A stretch of 13,818 bases of DNA, taken from Candidatus Heimdallarchaeota archaeon (GTDB lineage: Archaea > Asgardarchaeota > Heimdallarchaeia > Hodarchaeales > Hodarchaeaceae). Shown here one piece after another: positions 1 through 7,510 of this stretch (the first letter of the stretch is position 1; each line of letters opens with the position of its first letter). The notes under the pieces are model-generated. The model saw only the letters and a program-made list of their open reading frames with translations, had not been told where the DNA came from and did not search any database. Made by a program: the position numbers and the translations under genes. Location: NCBI GenBank assembly GCA_020353515.1, contig CP070695.1:3352218-3366035 (forward strand), given 5' to 3'.

Positions 1-216
1 ATTGCATGGGCTGCCATATTTGGGGCAAATTTTGGTGGGGGTATTACCCCAATTGGAGCCCCTTCAGCCGTTATTGGATTAGCTATTCTCTATCGAAAGA
101 CGGGAGAAAAAATCGGATGGGGAGAATTCATTAAGACCCAAGGATTAGCGACTATTGCGAGATTATCAGTCACAACAATATATTTAGGCGTGTTATTATT
201 GTTAGGATTCTTTTAA
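1..216 (+). CDS. 3' end of an ArsB/NhaD/SLC13 (ion transporter superfamily) permease, 5'-truncated by the window edge
   Basis: Not in the ORF track. Frame 1 reads IAWAAIFGANFGGGITPIGAPSAVIGLAILYRKTGEKIGWGEFIKTQGLATIARLSVTTIYLGVLLLLGFF* (TAA 214-216). GANFGGxxTPIG and IxWxEFxK match the C-terminal signature of ArsB/NhaD/P-protein-type transporters. Confidence 0.85.
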   Translation: MAWAAIFGANFGGGITPIGAPSAVIGLAILYRKTGEKIGWGEFIKTQGLATIARLSVTTIYLGVLLLLGFF

Positions 217-264
217 ATCGTTCTTTGAGACAATGCATGATAATTCTTCTGGGAAAAGTCTGCC

Positions 265-393
265 TTATTCCTTTCTCAGTGCTACAATTGGGTCTAATTC
301 CGCAGCTCGCCACGCGGGATAGAATCCTGCAGTCATTGAAAGTATTATCGCAAGAACCCATGTGAACACAAAGATATGGGGATCAACAGGCCA
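265..393 (-). pseudogene. C-terminal remnant of a FtsX/MacB-family ABC transporter permease
   Basis: Minus strand reads WPVDPHIFVFTWVLAIILSMTAGFYPAWRAAELDPIVALRKE* (TAA 265-267). GxYPAxRAAxLDPxxALRxE after a final TM helix is the canonical FtsX/MacB permease C-terminus. An in-frame TAA at 394-396 closes the frame upstream. Confidence 0.85.
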
Positions 394-506
394 TTAGGTT
401 ACCTTCACATGTCGGTTAACGTTGGAATGACAGAATTTTCATAGGGAAAATCCAATTTTATAGCAGCAATTACTATAAGTTCACATTTCGAGAAAAAAGG
501 GAGAAT

Positions 507-629
507 TTATGATTTCCTCTTTCGCTATTTCAATGGGAGCATGACAAATAAGGAGAGAAGTAAAAGCAAAACATTCCAACTAGATGATCGCGTAGAAGTT
601 CCGTTTGTTCTTCGAGAATAAATCCCACT
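507..629 (-). pseudogene. Possible C-terminal remnant of a surface protein (S/T linker, TM helix, basic tail)
   Basis: Reads SGIYSRRTNGTSTRSSSWNVLLLLLSLFVMLPLK*RKRKS* with an internal TAG at 525-527 and no start codon. The layout resembles a C-terminal membrane anchor. Pattern only. Confidence 0.35.
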
Positions 630-1123
630 TTATTTGATCGATTGTATTTGTTAAAAAAACCCATAGATATTAGAATGGAAATCAACAATTTAATTTTTCT
701 AAATGATAATTTGAGAAGATATCATAGGATTCTACTTTTAGTATAACGTTGGTTATTGCACATCTGTTATATACTAACGTATATACTATCGAGAACAGAC
801 TGATTTTAATAATGTCATCAATGTGTTTTTTCGTGCTTCGATATATTCAATATTATAACAAGGCTTTGTATTGATAAGAACGACCCTGTCCATTGATATT
901 TAATAATCACGCTATCAGACGTGTCTAATAACCTTTTACCTTTTTTTATGAAAATAAGACTTATCTGTAAACGCTTATCACTTGTGAACCTTATTATAAC
1001 TGAAATTTTAATTTAGTTGTTCTCTAACAGTTCTGGAACTATCACATTTTAAAGGATAACATACAATTAAATCCCTGAGTATTTGAGAATCAGAATGTAT
1101 TATGTTGTCTAGAGGGTTATTCT

Positions 1124-2563
1124 GTGGAGTACTACACATTCGAAAATAATTTGAAAATACCTATGGGATCTAGACAATATTCTGTTGGTTGGTCACTTCT
1201 TGGTATCTTTCTTCATTCCTTATTTTTTATTTTTGTATATATTACCCATTTAGAACTAATAACGCTGACCATAAATGGTTTCGTTATGTTACTTGCACTT
1301 TTGCTTGTCAGTATTGGTTATTTAATGTTAGAACGGCCAAACAAGACATGTCATGTCCCTTGGAAACAATATTTATTGGTTTTAACAGTTATGATTATTT
1401 TACTATTCGTGTTTATTTCTAATAGATTTGATCTAAAATGGCTCATATTTATCCTAGCTTTTCAGGGTCTATTATCTTTAACTGGTTGGTTCTTAATCTT
1501 TATAAACTTTCCAAGACACCACATTATTCATGATTCAGTTAACAAAACTCTTTATTCAATTCGAGATTACTATACCCAGGTGGCAACAGATCAGATTAAT
1601 TTGGAACAGGTCAAAAGTGTAGAAATTCGTGTAAGTACAATGAGTTATTTTGTCTCAGTTAGGTTTTACGATCAAAAAGAATTCTCAGAATCCGATAACC
1701 CAATAAAGATATGGACATGGACAAGACTAGCCAATGTAGCCCCGTTTTATTATAAACTCATTCACATATTCAGTCATTATTCCATATTCATCGTAACAGA
1801 GGGTTCAGTAGAGCTAAGTCAGTGGAAAAAATTACGTAATCGTCCGTTTAAATCCACATCTGCTTCCTTTCCAAGTCATAATATTGTAACAGTCATTGAC
1901 CAAATTATAGGAAAAAATGTTAATCCTAATTTCTTTGCAAAAATAAATGAGCTTCCTTTGAATGTCTCGATTGACCAATACAAACCCCTTAAAACAAAAT
2001 TTGATATAGAATCCCATCAGGATGTTTATATTCTTCGTACGAAGAAAAGAGGGAACATAAATATTTTGGGAAAAATATTTATTACTACAGTCTTACTATT
2101 TTTCATTTGTGTATTAGCTCTCCTCATCATACTAACTCTCTATATCATATCTAATGGTTCTACGCTTCCCGATGGAGCTTTTTCTACGTCTCCTCAAAAA
2201 ATTGGCATTATTGGCATATTTAGTATCTTTATGATTATCTCATTAATCTCATTATTATTTGGATATTTTTTCCTAACAGATGTCATTTGTCGAAAATATA
2301 TTGAATTTGGGGGGGAATTCATATACATTTCAAACAAAGTTTTCCAAAAAGAAATCACTTCCCTCATAATCCCGAAAAAAGCTCTTCTCAATATTGAAAA
2401 ATCTAAACAGACATACTATTTACGATTTATGGGAGGTGATTCGATTAAATTATGGAAAACTCCTCCTAACGACCATTTAGCTGGATTTCAAATATTAAGA
2501 CAATTTCTTCAACTAGACATGAAAAATCCAGACCTCAAAACCAGATTACTACTATATAATTAA
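1124..2563 (+). CDS. Hypothetical multi-pass membrane protein (about 4+2 TM helices, each block followed by a beta-rich, PH-like soluble domain)
   Basis: 479-aa ORF with GTG start and GAGGG upstream. Four hydrophobic stretches in the first ~130 aa and two more at ~aa 315-385, each block followed by alternating beta-strand patterns. Confidence 0.75.
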   Translation: MEYYTFENNLKIPMGSRQYSVGWSLLGIFLHSLFFIFVYITHLELITLTINGFVMLLALLLVSIGYLMLERPNKTCHVPWKQYLLVLTVMIILLFVFISNRFDLKWLIFILAFQGLLSLTGWFLIFINFPRHHIIHDSVNKTLYSIRDYYTQVATDQINLEQVKSVEIRVSTMSYFVSVRFYDQKEFSESDNPIKIWTWTRLANVAPFYYKLIHIFSHYSIFIVTEGSVELSQWKKLRNRPFKSTSASFPSHNIVTVIDQIIGKNVNPNFFAKINELPLNVSIDQYKPLKTKFDIESHQDVYILRTKKRGNINILGKIFITTVLLFFICVLALLIILTLYIISNGSTLPDGAFSTSPQKIGIIGIFSIFMIISLISLLFGYFFLTDVICRKYIEFGGEFIYISNKVFQKEITSLIIPKKALLNIEKSKQTYYLRFMGGDSIKLWKTPPNDHLAGFQILRQFLQLDMKNPDLKTRLLLYN

Positions 2564-2779
2564 GAATATAGTTTTCCTATGAAATAAACATTAAATTGGA
2601 TTATATAACTCAAATAAGAATGAAGATTGATTAGTAATATCATTTAACTTATTCAATAATAGAAAAGAAGATAACAATAATGATATGTTCTTGTGAGCTG
2701 TAATTGAGGTTTCTAACATTCTTCTTTGGAAAATCTTAAATGGGAGGAAGTAGCAGTTTAAATAAGAGGACGTCAAACA

Positions 2780-3415
2780 ATGGAGAACGTTGATCGATTC
2801 TATGATATTTGCATGTTCTTAGGCGTTCTAGCTGGGTTATTCATCTTCTTAAATCAATTTATTATTAATGTTCATATTTCATTCTTCATAGGTACGATGT
2901 TTATAGTTTTTATTGTACCTTTATGTGTGGGTTTTTACAGCATCATATTCACTATCTATGAGTTACCTAGGGAAAAAGCAAAGTTTCTAACACATATGAC
3001 TTTGGGACATTTTATCTCTATAGCTATTTTAAAAAAGAAAAAAGAAGTCAAAAAAGTCCTGTCCATTAGTTTTGGGATTCTTGCTATCACAGTTCTTGTA
3101 AATGGTCTTCTTACTATTAGTTACATTGTTATATTAGGGAATGGCACCCCCATAGAAAAAGAATTTCAAAGTCTCACAACCAGTTACTCTGTCAAGTTTC
3201 TTTTTGATCCCCAAGTCGCAGCAATTCTTTTTCCAATCTCTGGTATACCCTTGCCCAATATATGGTGGGCACCATATATTGGGATTTTGATTCTATGGAA
3301 CATTACATCATATATCTTCATCATCTTTGGTTTCCCTATTGGCCTTGTCTTCAGAAAGATCAGGGAATATCACTTGAGAAAAATCCCTCCAGAAGAAAAC
3401 AAGTTTTCACTCTAA
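2780..3415 (+). CDS. Hypothetical membrane protein (about 4-5 TM)
   Basis: 211-aa ORF with ATG preceded by GAGGA. Several hydrophobic segments flanked by basic clusters (KKKKEVKK, RKIREYHLRK). Confidence 0.75.
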   Translation: MENVDRFYDICMFLGVLAGLFIFLNQFIINVHISFFIGTMFIVFIVPLCVGFYSIIFTIYELPREKAKFLTHMTLGHFISIAILKKKKEVKKVLSISFGILAITVLVNGLLTISYIVILGNGTPIEKEFQSLTTSYSVKFLFDPQVAAILFPISGIPLPNIWWAPYIGILILWNITSYIFIIFGFPIGLVFRKIREYHLRKIPPEENKFSL

Positions 3416-3462
3416 TCTTTTTGTTGGAGTGAGATGATTCAAACATTTCTTGACTGGTTTGC

Positions 3463-3846
3463 ATGTATCGATACATCGGGGAGATCGGGCGCTTAGGCCA
3501 AGAGCCAACCCTTCTTACCATTCGATTTTTGTTTTATCTGGTGGTGTTAGTAGCAGGTTCAACATTATTATTTATGTTAATAGTGAGACTATTAGAAAAA
3601 GAAACGCCAAAAAGCTGGGTTAAGATTCTTAAAACCTCTTCTGTCCCAAAAATAGAACGAGGGGTTATAGGTTTTCTTATACTTTCCTCCTTCTTTGTTG
3701 GTTTGGAACTACTAATCATCAGTGTTATTGCAACTATCGCAGGAGGAGATCTGTACACAAATATCTTTTTATATTTAATTTTTTACCTATTTGCCTTTTC
3801 AATCCCATTCTGGTTAACAATAACCTCAGAATTTACTCTGTCCTGA
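3463..3846 (+). CDS. Small hypothetical membrane protein (3 TM)
   Basis: 127-aa ORF with three clear hydrophobic segments, co-oriented with the upstream gene and followed by T-tracts. Start uncertain (see findings). Confidence 0.65.
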   Translation: MYRYIGEIGRLGQEPTLLTIRFLFYLVVLVAGSTLLFMLIVRLLEKETPKSWVKILKTSSVPKIERGVIGFLILSSFFVGLELLIISVIATIAGGDLYTNIFLYLIFYLFAFSIPFWLTITSEFTLS

Positions 3847-3890
3847 ACGGATTCGAATTTAGATGATTATTATTGATTCTATTTTTCATA

Positions 3891-3930
3891 AAAACAGAAA
3901 GGGTTGTTTTAGTGTTTTTTTTGATTTTTC
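3891..3930 (+). terminator. Putative oligo-T terminator downstream of the membrane-protein genes
   Basis: Weak AAAACA/TGTTTT stem followed by GTGTTTTTTTTGATTTTTC, about 45-85 nt after the 3846 stop. Confidence 0.4.
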
Positions 3931-3996
3931 TCCGAGAAATGAGATACTTTCAATAATGAAAATACTGTCTTTCTATTTTAACATCTCTACTTTTTA

Positions 3997-4026
3997 TTGA
4001 TTTGGCTTTCTTAGGAGCAAAATCAA
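3997..4026. promoter_or_regulatory. Imperfect palindrome, candidate transcription-factor site or hairpin upstream of the SBBP gene
   Basis: TTGATTTGGCT-TTCTTAGG-AGCAAAATCAA has 10/11 complementary arm positions. It lies just before AAGAAATTTTATCC (BRE/TATA-like) and about 55 nt before the 4082 start. Confidence 0.4.
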
Positions 4027-4081
4027 GAAATTTTATCCAAAAGCACGAGTAAAATGTTCTGTGGTCCTTGAGGAATGAATT

Positions 4082-5779
4082 TTGAAGAATAAAAAGAAAT
4101 TATTAATAGGAAAAGTTGTGGTTATTCTATTGCTGAACATAAGCATTGTCGGTTGTACGTCTATCCTTAATTCACGTCAAGATCGGCAGCTGCAAGTTGA
4201 AATTGAAGATTTTACGTATTCTACTTATCTAGGAGGAGATGATTCTCCTTACTCCGAAGATAACATTGAAGAGGTGATAAGAGATGTGACCACTGATTCC
4301 CAAGAGAATATTATAATCACTGGAAATACTTTATCTTCTAATTTTCCAGTTAAGAATGCTTTTCAAGACACGTTTGCAGGTGGGGGAAATGATGTTCATT
4401 GTGTTGGTGGTGATGCTATTATAGCGAAATTTGATAAAGATGGACAGCTCTTATGGTCGACATTTTTAGGTGGAAACAGCATGGATGGTGGGATATGTGT
4501 AAAAGTGGTAGAATCCGATGAGATCATTGTAATGGGGATGACTAAATCTAATGATTTCCCTACCACTGATAACGCTTACCAGAAAAATTACTCTAGTAAT
4601 TATGATATTTTTATAACAAAGTTAACTTCAAACGGATCAATCATTTATTCGAGCTATCTTGGTGAAAGTGGAGATGATACCATTAATAGTTTTGAACTCG
4701 ACTCATCTGGCAATCTGGTTGTCTCAGGTAGAACTACTTCTGTTGATTTTCCAGTGACAACAAGTGCTGATCAACCAGTTATTGGTGGTGGAGCAGATGG
4801 ATTCTTCATGTGTTTATCTGCAAATTATTCAACTATTTTGTACTCAACTTTCTTAGGGGGTAGTGATAATGAGGGGATAAACGAGATTACTATAGATACC
4901 CAGGGCAATATTATTGTGACAGGAACAACAATGAGCTCAGACTTTCCAATTACAACAGATGCTTACCAAAGTTCCATAAGTAGCACCCATAGCGACAACT
5001 TTATTGTAAAGTATAATTCTTCTGGTCAGATAACTTATGCTACTTACTTTGGGGGTTCGCTCTCGGATTACAGTTTTGGGCTTACGACTGATTCGGTAGG
5101 AAATATCATCATAGCTGGTAAAACTTTATCTGCTGATTTTCCCACAATAAATGCCTGGAAAACAAATTATAGCAATAGTATGGTGGATGCTTTTGTTACA
5201 AAATTCAGCGCAAATGGTCAAGAACTAATTTTTTCTAGCTATTTTGGCGGATCTGGTTGGGATGTAGTACTCAACTTAAAAGTTGATTCTAATGATAATA
5301 TCATCGTTACTGGATACGCAGATATTTATCCTAATGCTTTTCCCATCTTAGATGCTTTTCAAGAAGAAATTCGTGGCCGTTGTGATATAGTTATCATGAA
5401 AATTTCTCCAACTGGCCAACCATTATTTGGGACTTATTTAGGAGGAGAAGGATTAGATCATCCTTGGAGTCACTATCTTGCCAGTAACTATCTTTATATC
5501 GTAGGTTTTACAGAATCAGTGGATTTCTTTACAACCAGTAATGCTTATCAGCAAACAATCAGAGGTAATCATGATGGGTTCCTCTTTCGTTTTGACATTG
5601 ATGGCTATTTAACCTCGTTAACTTCAGAAACTATGGAATCGGACACTACTAAAAGTTATACATTAACATCAGAAACAACAGAATCTGAAACTACTCCGAG
5701 TTTTGAACCACATATTGTACTTATTGGCCTTCTCTCCGCTTTAGGAATTGGATTAAGGATTCGTGTAAAAAAAGAGTAG
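4082..5779 (+). CDS. SBBP (seven-bladed beta-propeller) repeat cell-surface protein with signal peptide and C-terminal membrane anchor
   Basis: TTG start with GAGGA 7 nt upstream. Basic plus hydrophobic signal ending IVGC. Seven ~65-aa repeats of [YWF]S[TS][YF][LF]GG...DxxGNIIxxGxTxSxDFP..xAxQ...DxFxxK. Then an S/T/E linker, TPSF, TM helix and RIRVKKE tail. Confidence 0.9.
   Translation: MKNKKKLLIGKVVVILLLNISIVGCTSILNSRQDRQLQVEIEDFTYSTYLGGDDSPYSEDNIEEVIRDVTTDSQENIIITGNTLSSNFPVKNAFQDTFAGGGNDVHCVGGDAIIAKFDKDGQLLWSTFLGGNSMDGGICVKVVESDEIIVMGMTKSNDFPTTDNAYQKNYSSNYDIFITKLTSNGSIIYSSYLGESGDDTINSFELDSSGNLVVSGRTTSVDFPVTTSADQPVIGGGADGFFMCLSANYSTILYSTFLGGSDNEGINEITIDTQGNIIVTGTTMSSDFPITTDAYQSSISSTHSDNFIVKYNSSGQITYATYFGGSLSDYSFGLTTDSVGNIIIAGKTLSADFPTINAWKTNYSNSMVDAFVTKFSANGQELIFSSYFGGSGWDVVLNLKVDSNDNIIVTGYADIYPNAFPILDAFQEEIRGRCDIVIMKISPTGQPLFGTYLGGEGLDHPWSHYLASNYLYIVGFTESVDFFTTSNAYQQTIRGNHDGFLFRFDIDGYLTSLTSETMESDTTKSYTLTSETTESETTPSFEPHIVLIGLLSALGIGLRIRVKKE
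5618..5695 (+). repeat. Degenerate 45-nt-period direct repeat in the S/T-rich stalk of the SBBP protein
   Basis: TTAACTTCAGAAACTATGGAATCGGACACTACT (5618-5650) versus TTAACATCAGAAACAACAGAATCTGAAACTACT (5663-5695), encoding LTSETMESDTT and LTSETTESETT. Confidence 0.8.
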
Positions 5780-5949
5780 AATTTATGATTCATTGCTTAA
5801 CAGCCTTGTTGAATTGAAAATGTAGTCATTATATTTTGTACTATATTCCATGAAAAATGCTAACTTCACTTCATTCTGATCATAAATGCTGATATAATTT
5901 CAAAAGAAAAGAATTCAAAAGTAGAAGGACGGTTTACGATGTCTTTCCA

Positions 5950-7497
5950 TTATTCGACAATATCTTGGTAGCAGTCTTCTGGATAATAGTTCAATTCATC
6001 TCTATCATGATTTGGATACCAAACTTGAGCAAAAAATGGATTATGTTTTGCTATTGTATCATAATTCCAAGGTGGGGCACTACATTCTGGGCACCAATGC
6101 CCAGCCTTTAGAATGGTAAAAGGTTTGCCAGAAAACTTATGACCAAAGGCACACTGCCATTCTAAAGATGTATACAAATCTCCATTCCATTTATTTGATA
6201 AACAAGTTCCTCCACGAAATTCAGCTGCACGATTTAGATCGTCTAAGTTTATCACTTCTTTTGTTTCATCATATCCATGATCAAGGCGGTTCCAATTTAT
6301 TTTCGTGGAATCCATCTCAGGCATGTCAATTCCCCAGTCAGGAATCGCCTCATACGTTGCGTAATCTTTGTAAAATGCGGAAATTCTCTTATCATTGCGG
6401 TTTTCATACCAATAGACGGTTCCATTTTTTGATTCTTTAACAAATTTTTTAAATCGCCTGTAAGTGACTTTCTCTACAACATTTCTAATCAATGAAATTC
6501 GTTTACAAAGGCTTCCAACTACTTTTAGCTGAATTGGCCTATTTTTAACAAATGAAACGTAATAATCCTCCATGCTATCATTCCAATTGTGAATATACTT
6601 ATTTAAAATTGCACTATCTTCGAAATACTGCATATGAAAGTTTCGAAGCGCAAACCATTTTCTCTCTGTTACTTTTTCCAATCGAAGACCGTTTAATCCA
6701 AAAATCCGTTTCAAGAGGTGGAAAAATGTTGTTCTACAGCTTGGTCCTCCACCCATATTATATACTCTACGCCAGAAGTCCGAATCCTCGGAGATATCTA
6801 AACAATTGATTAATCCCCTTCCTGCGTCTTCTTTGGTATTATTTTCCATAAAAGAATCAATCGGTTGATGGAACATTATAGGATCTGCTACATCATCGTA
6901 GGTCATAATATATGTTTGTCGTAAAGAAACCCAATGTTTAATGTTTGATTCTAATACTGCTCGTTCCCCTGCAATCTTAGTAACAGCATAAAAATCAAAA
7001 ATTGATGGTTTTAGAGGATCACCTACTCGTCCAACGTGAATTGTTTGAAGACGATCGCCAGTTTCGGCAACAGTTCCAATGTAAATAAGTTTGATATGTT
7101 CTGAACCACCAGGTTGGGTTTCAATTGCTTTGATGATATATTGAACAGCAGTTGTATTAACCGCTTCAGCCATCTCTGGATCTAAGTCTGCAGCAGGAGA
7201 GATAAAGGCCATTGGGCATAATACCCAATCAACCCCTTTGCATGCTTCCTCTATATCATTGTAATTTGTAGCATCACCCCATACAATCTTCAGGGTGGAG
7301 TTTTCAACGATCCCCCTGCCAAGGATTGGGGTTAATCCAGAAAGTTGTTCATATTTTCGAAATAAAGTTTTATTCTTCTTTGAAGGTCGTTGTAAAAGCA
7401 CAATCTGATATTTTTTCCTTCTCTTCCACAGATTTTTAAACGCCTCAAATCCCATTGACCCAGATGCACCTGCTAAAAAGACTTTTTCCTTTTTCAC
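5950..7497 (-). CDS. Extended SDR (NAD-dependent epimerase/dehydratase family) with C-terminal zinc-ribbon domain, 515 aa
   Basis: GASGSMG Rossmann motif, GDATN, catalytic YAVTK, and C-terminal RGGTCLS...WQCAFGH...HWCPEC. Start re-called to GTG at 7497: GAGGAG lies 9 nt upstream and overlaps the upstream gene's TGA, which removes the track's 41-nt overlap and puts the Rossmann strand at the N-terminus. Confidence 0.88.
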   Translation of the reverse strand: MKKEKVFLAGASGSMGFEAFKNLWKRRKKYQIVLLQRPSKKNKTLFRKYEQLSGLTPILGRGIVENSTLKIVWGDATNYNDIEEACKGVDWVLCPMAFISPAADLDPEMAEAVNTTAVQYIIKAIETQPGGSEHIKLIYIGTVAETGDRLQTIHVGRVGDPLKPSIFDFYAVTKIAGERAVLESNIKHWVSLRQTYIMTYDDVADPIMFHQPIDSFMENNTKEDAGRGLINCLDISEDSDFWRRVYNMGGGPSCRTTFFHLLKRIFGLNGLRLEKVTERKWFALRNFHMQYFEDSAILNKYIHNWNDSMEDYYVSFVKNRPIQLKVVGSLCKRISLIRNVVEKVTYRRFKKFVKESKNGTVYWYENRNDKRISAFYKDYATYEAIPDWGIDMPEMDSTKINWNRLDHGYDETKEVINLDDLNRAAEFRGGTCLSNKWNGDLYTSLEWQCAFGHKFSGKPFTILKAGHWCPECSAPPWNYDTIAKHNPFFAQVWYPNHDRDELNYYPEDCYQDIVE

Positions 7498-7510
7498 CAG
7501 ATTATTCTCC

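Noticed and set aside
170-361. 63-aa minus-strand ORF from the track
   Set aside because: It is an alternative frame over the FtsX/MacB permease stub and overlaps the plus-strand transporter 3' end. No motif.
314-380. GC-richer hairpins (GCGGGAT-AGA-ATCCTGC; CCCATGT…ATATGGG) suggesting an ncRNA or riboswitch
   Set aside because: The region is fully explained as antisense of permease coding sequence, and no recognisable aptamer or tRNA consensus is present.
376-621. Plus-strand frame with a single TAG (442-444), possible pyrrolysine readthrough
   Set aside because: The translation resembles no family I know, there is no pyl context, and single stops are common in decayed AT-rich DNA.
1189-3758. 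Short track ORFs 1189-1422, 1832-2017, 2194-2391, 2591-2776 and 3534-3758
   Set aside because: These are out-of-frame or antisense shadows of longer genes, or low-complexity intergenic ORFs without SD or motifs.
6168-6809. Plus-strand ORFs 6168-6440 and 6552-6809
   Set aside because: Antisense to a well-supported SDR gene, with no motifs.
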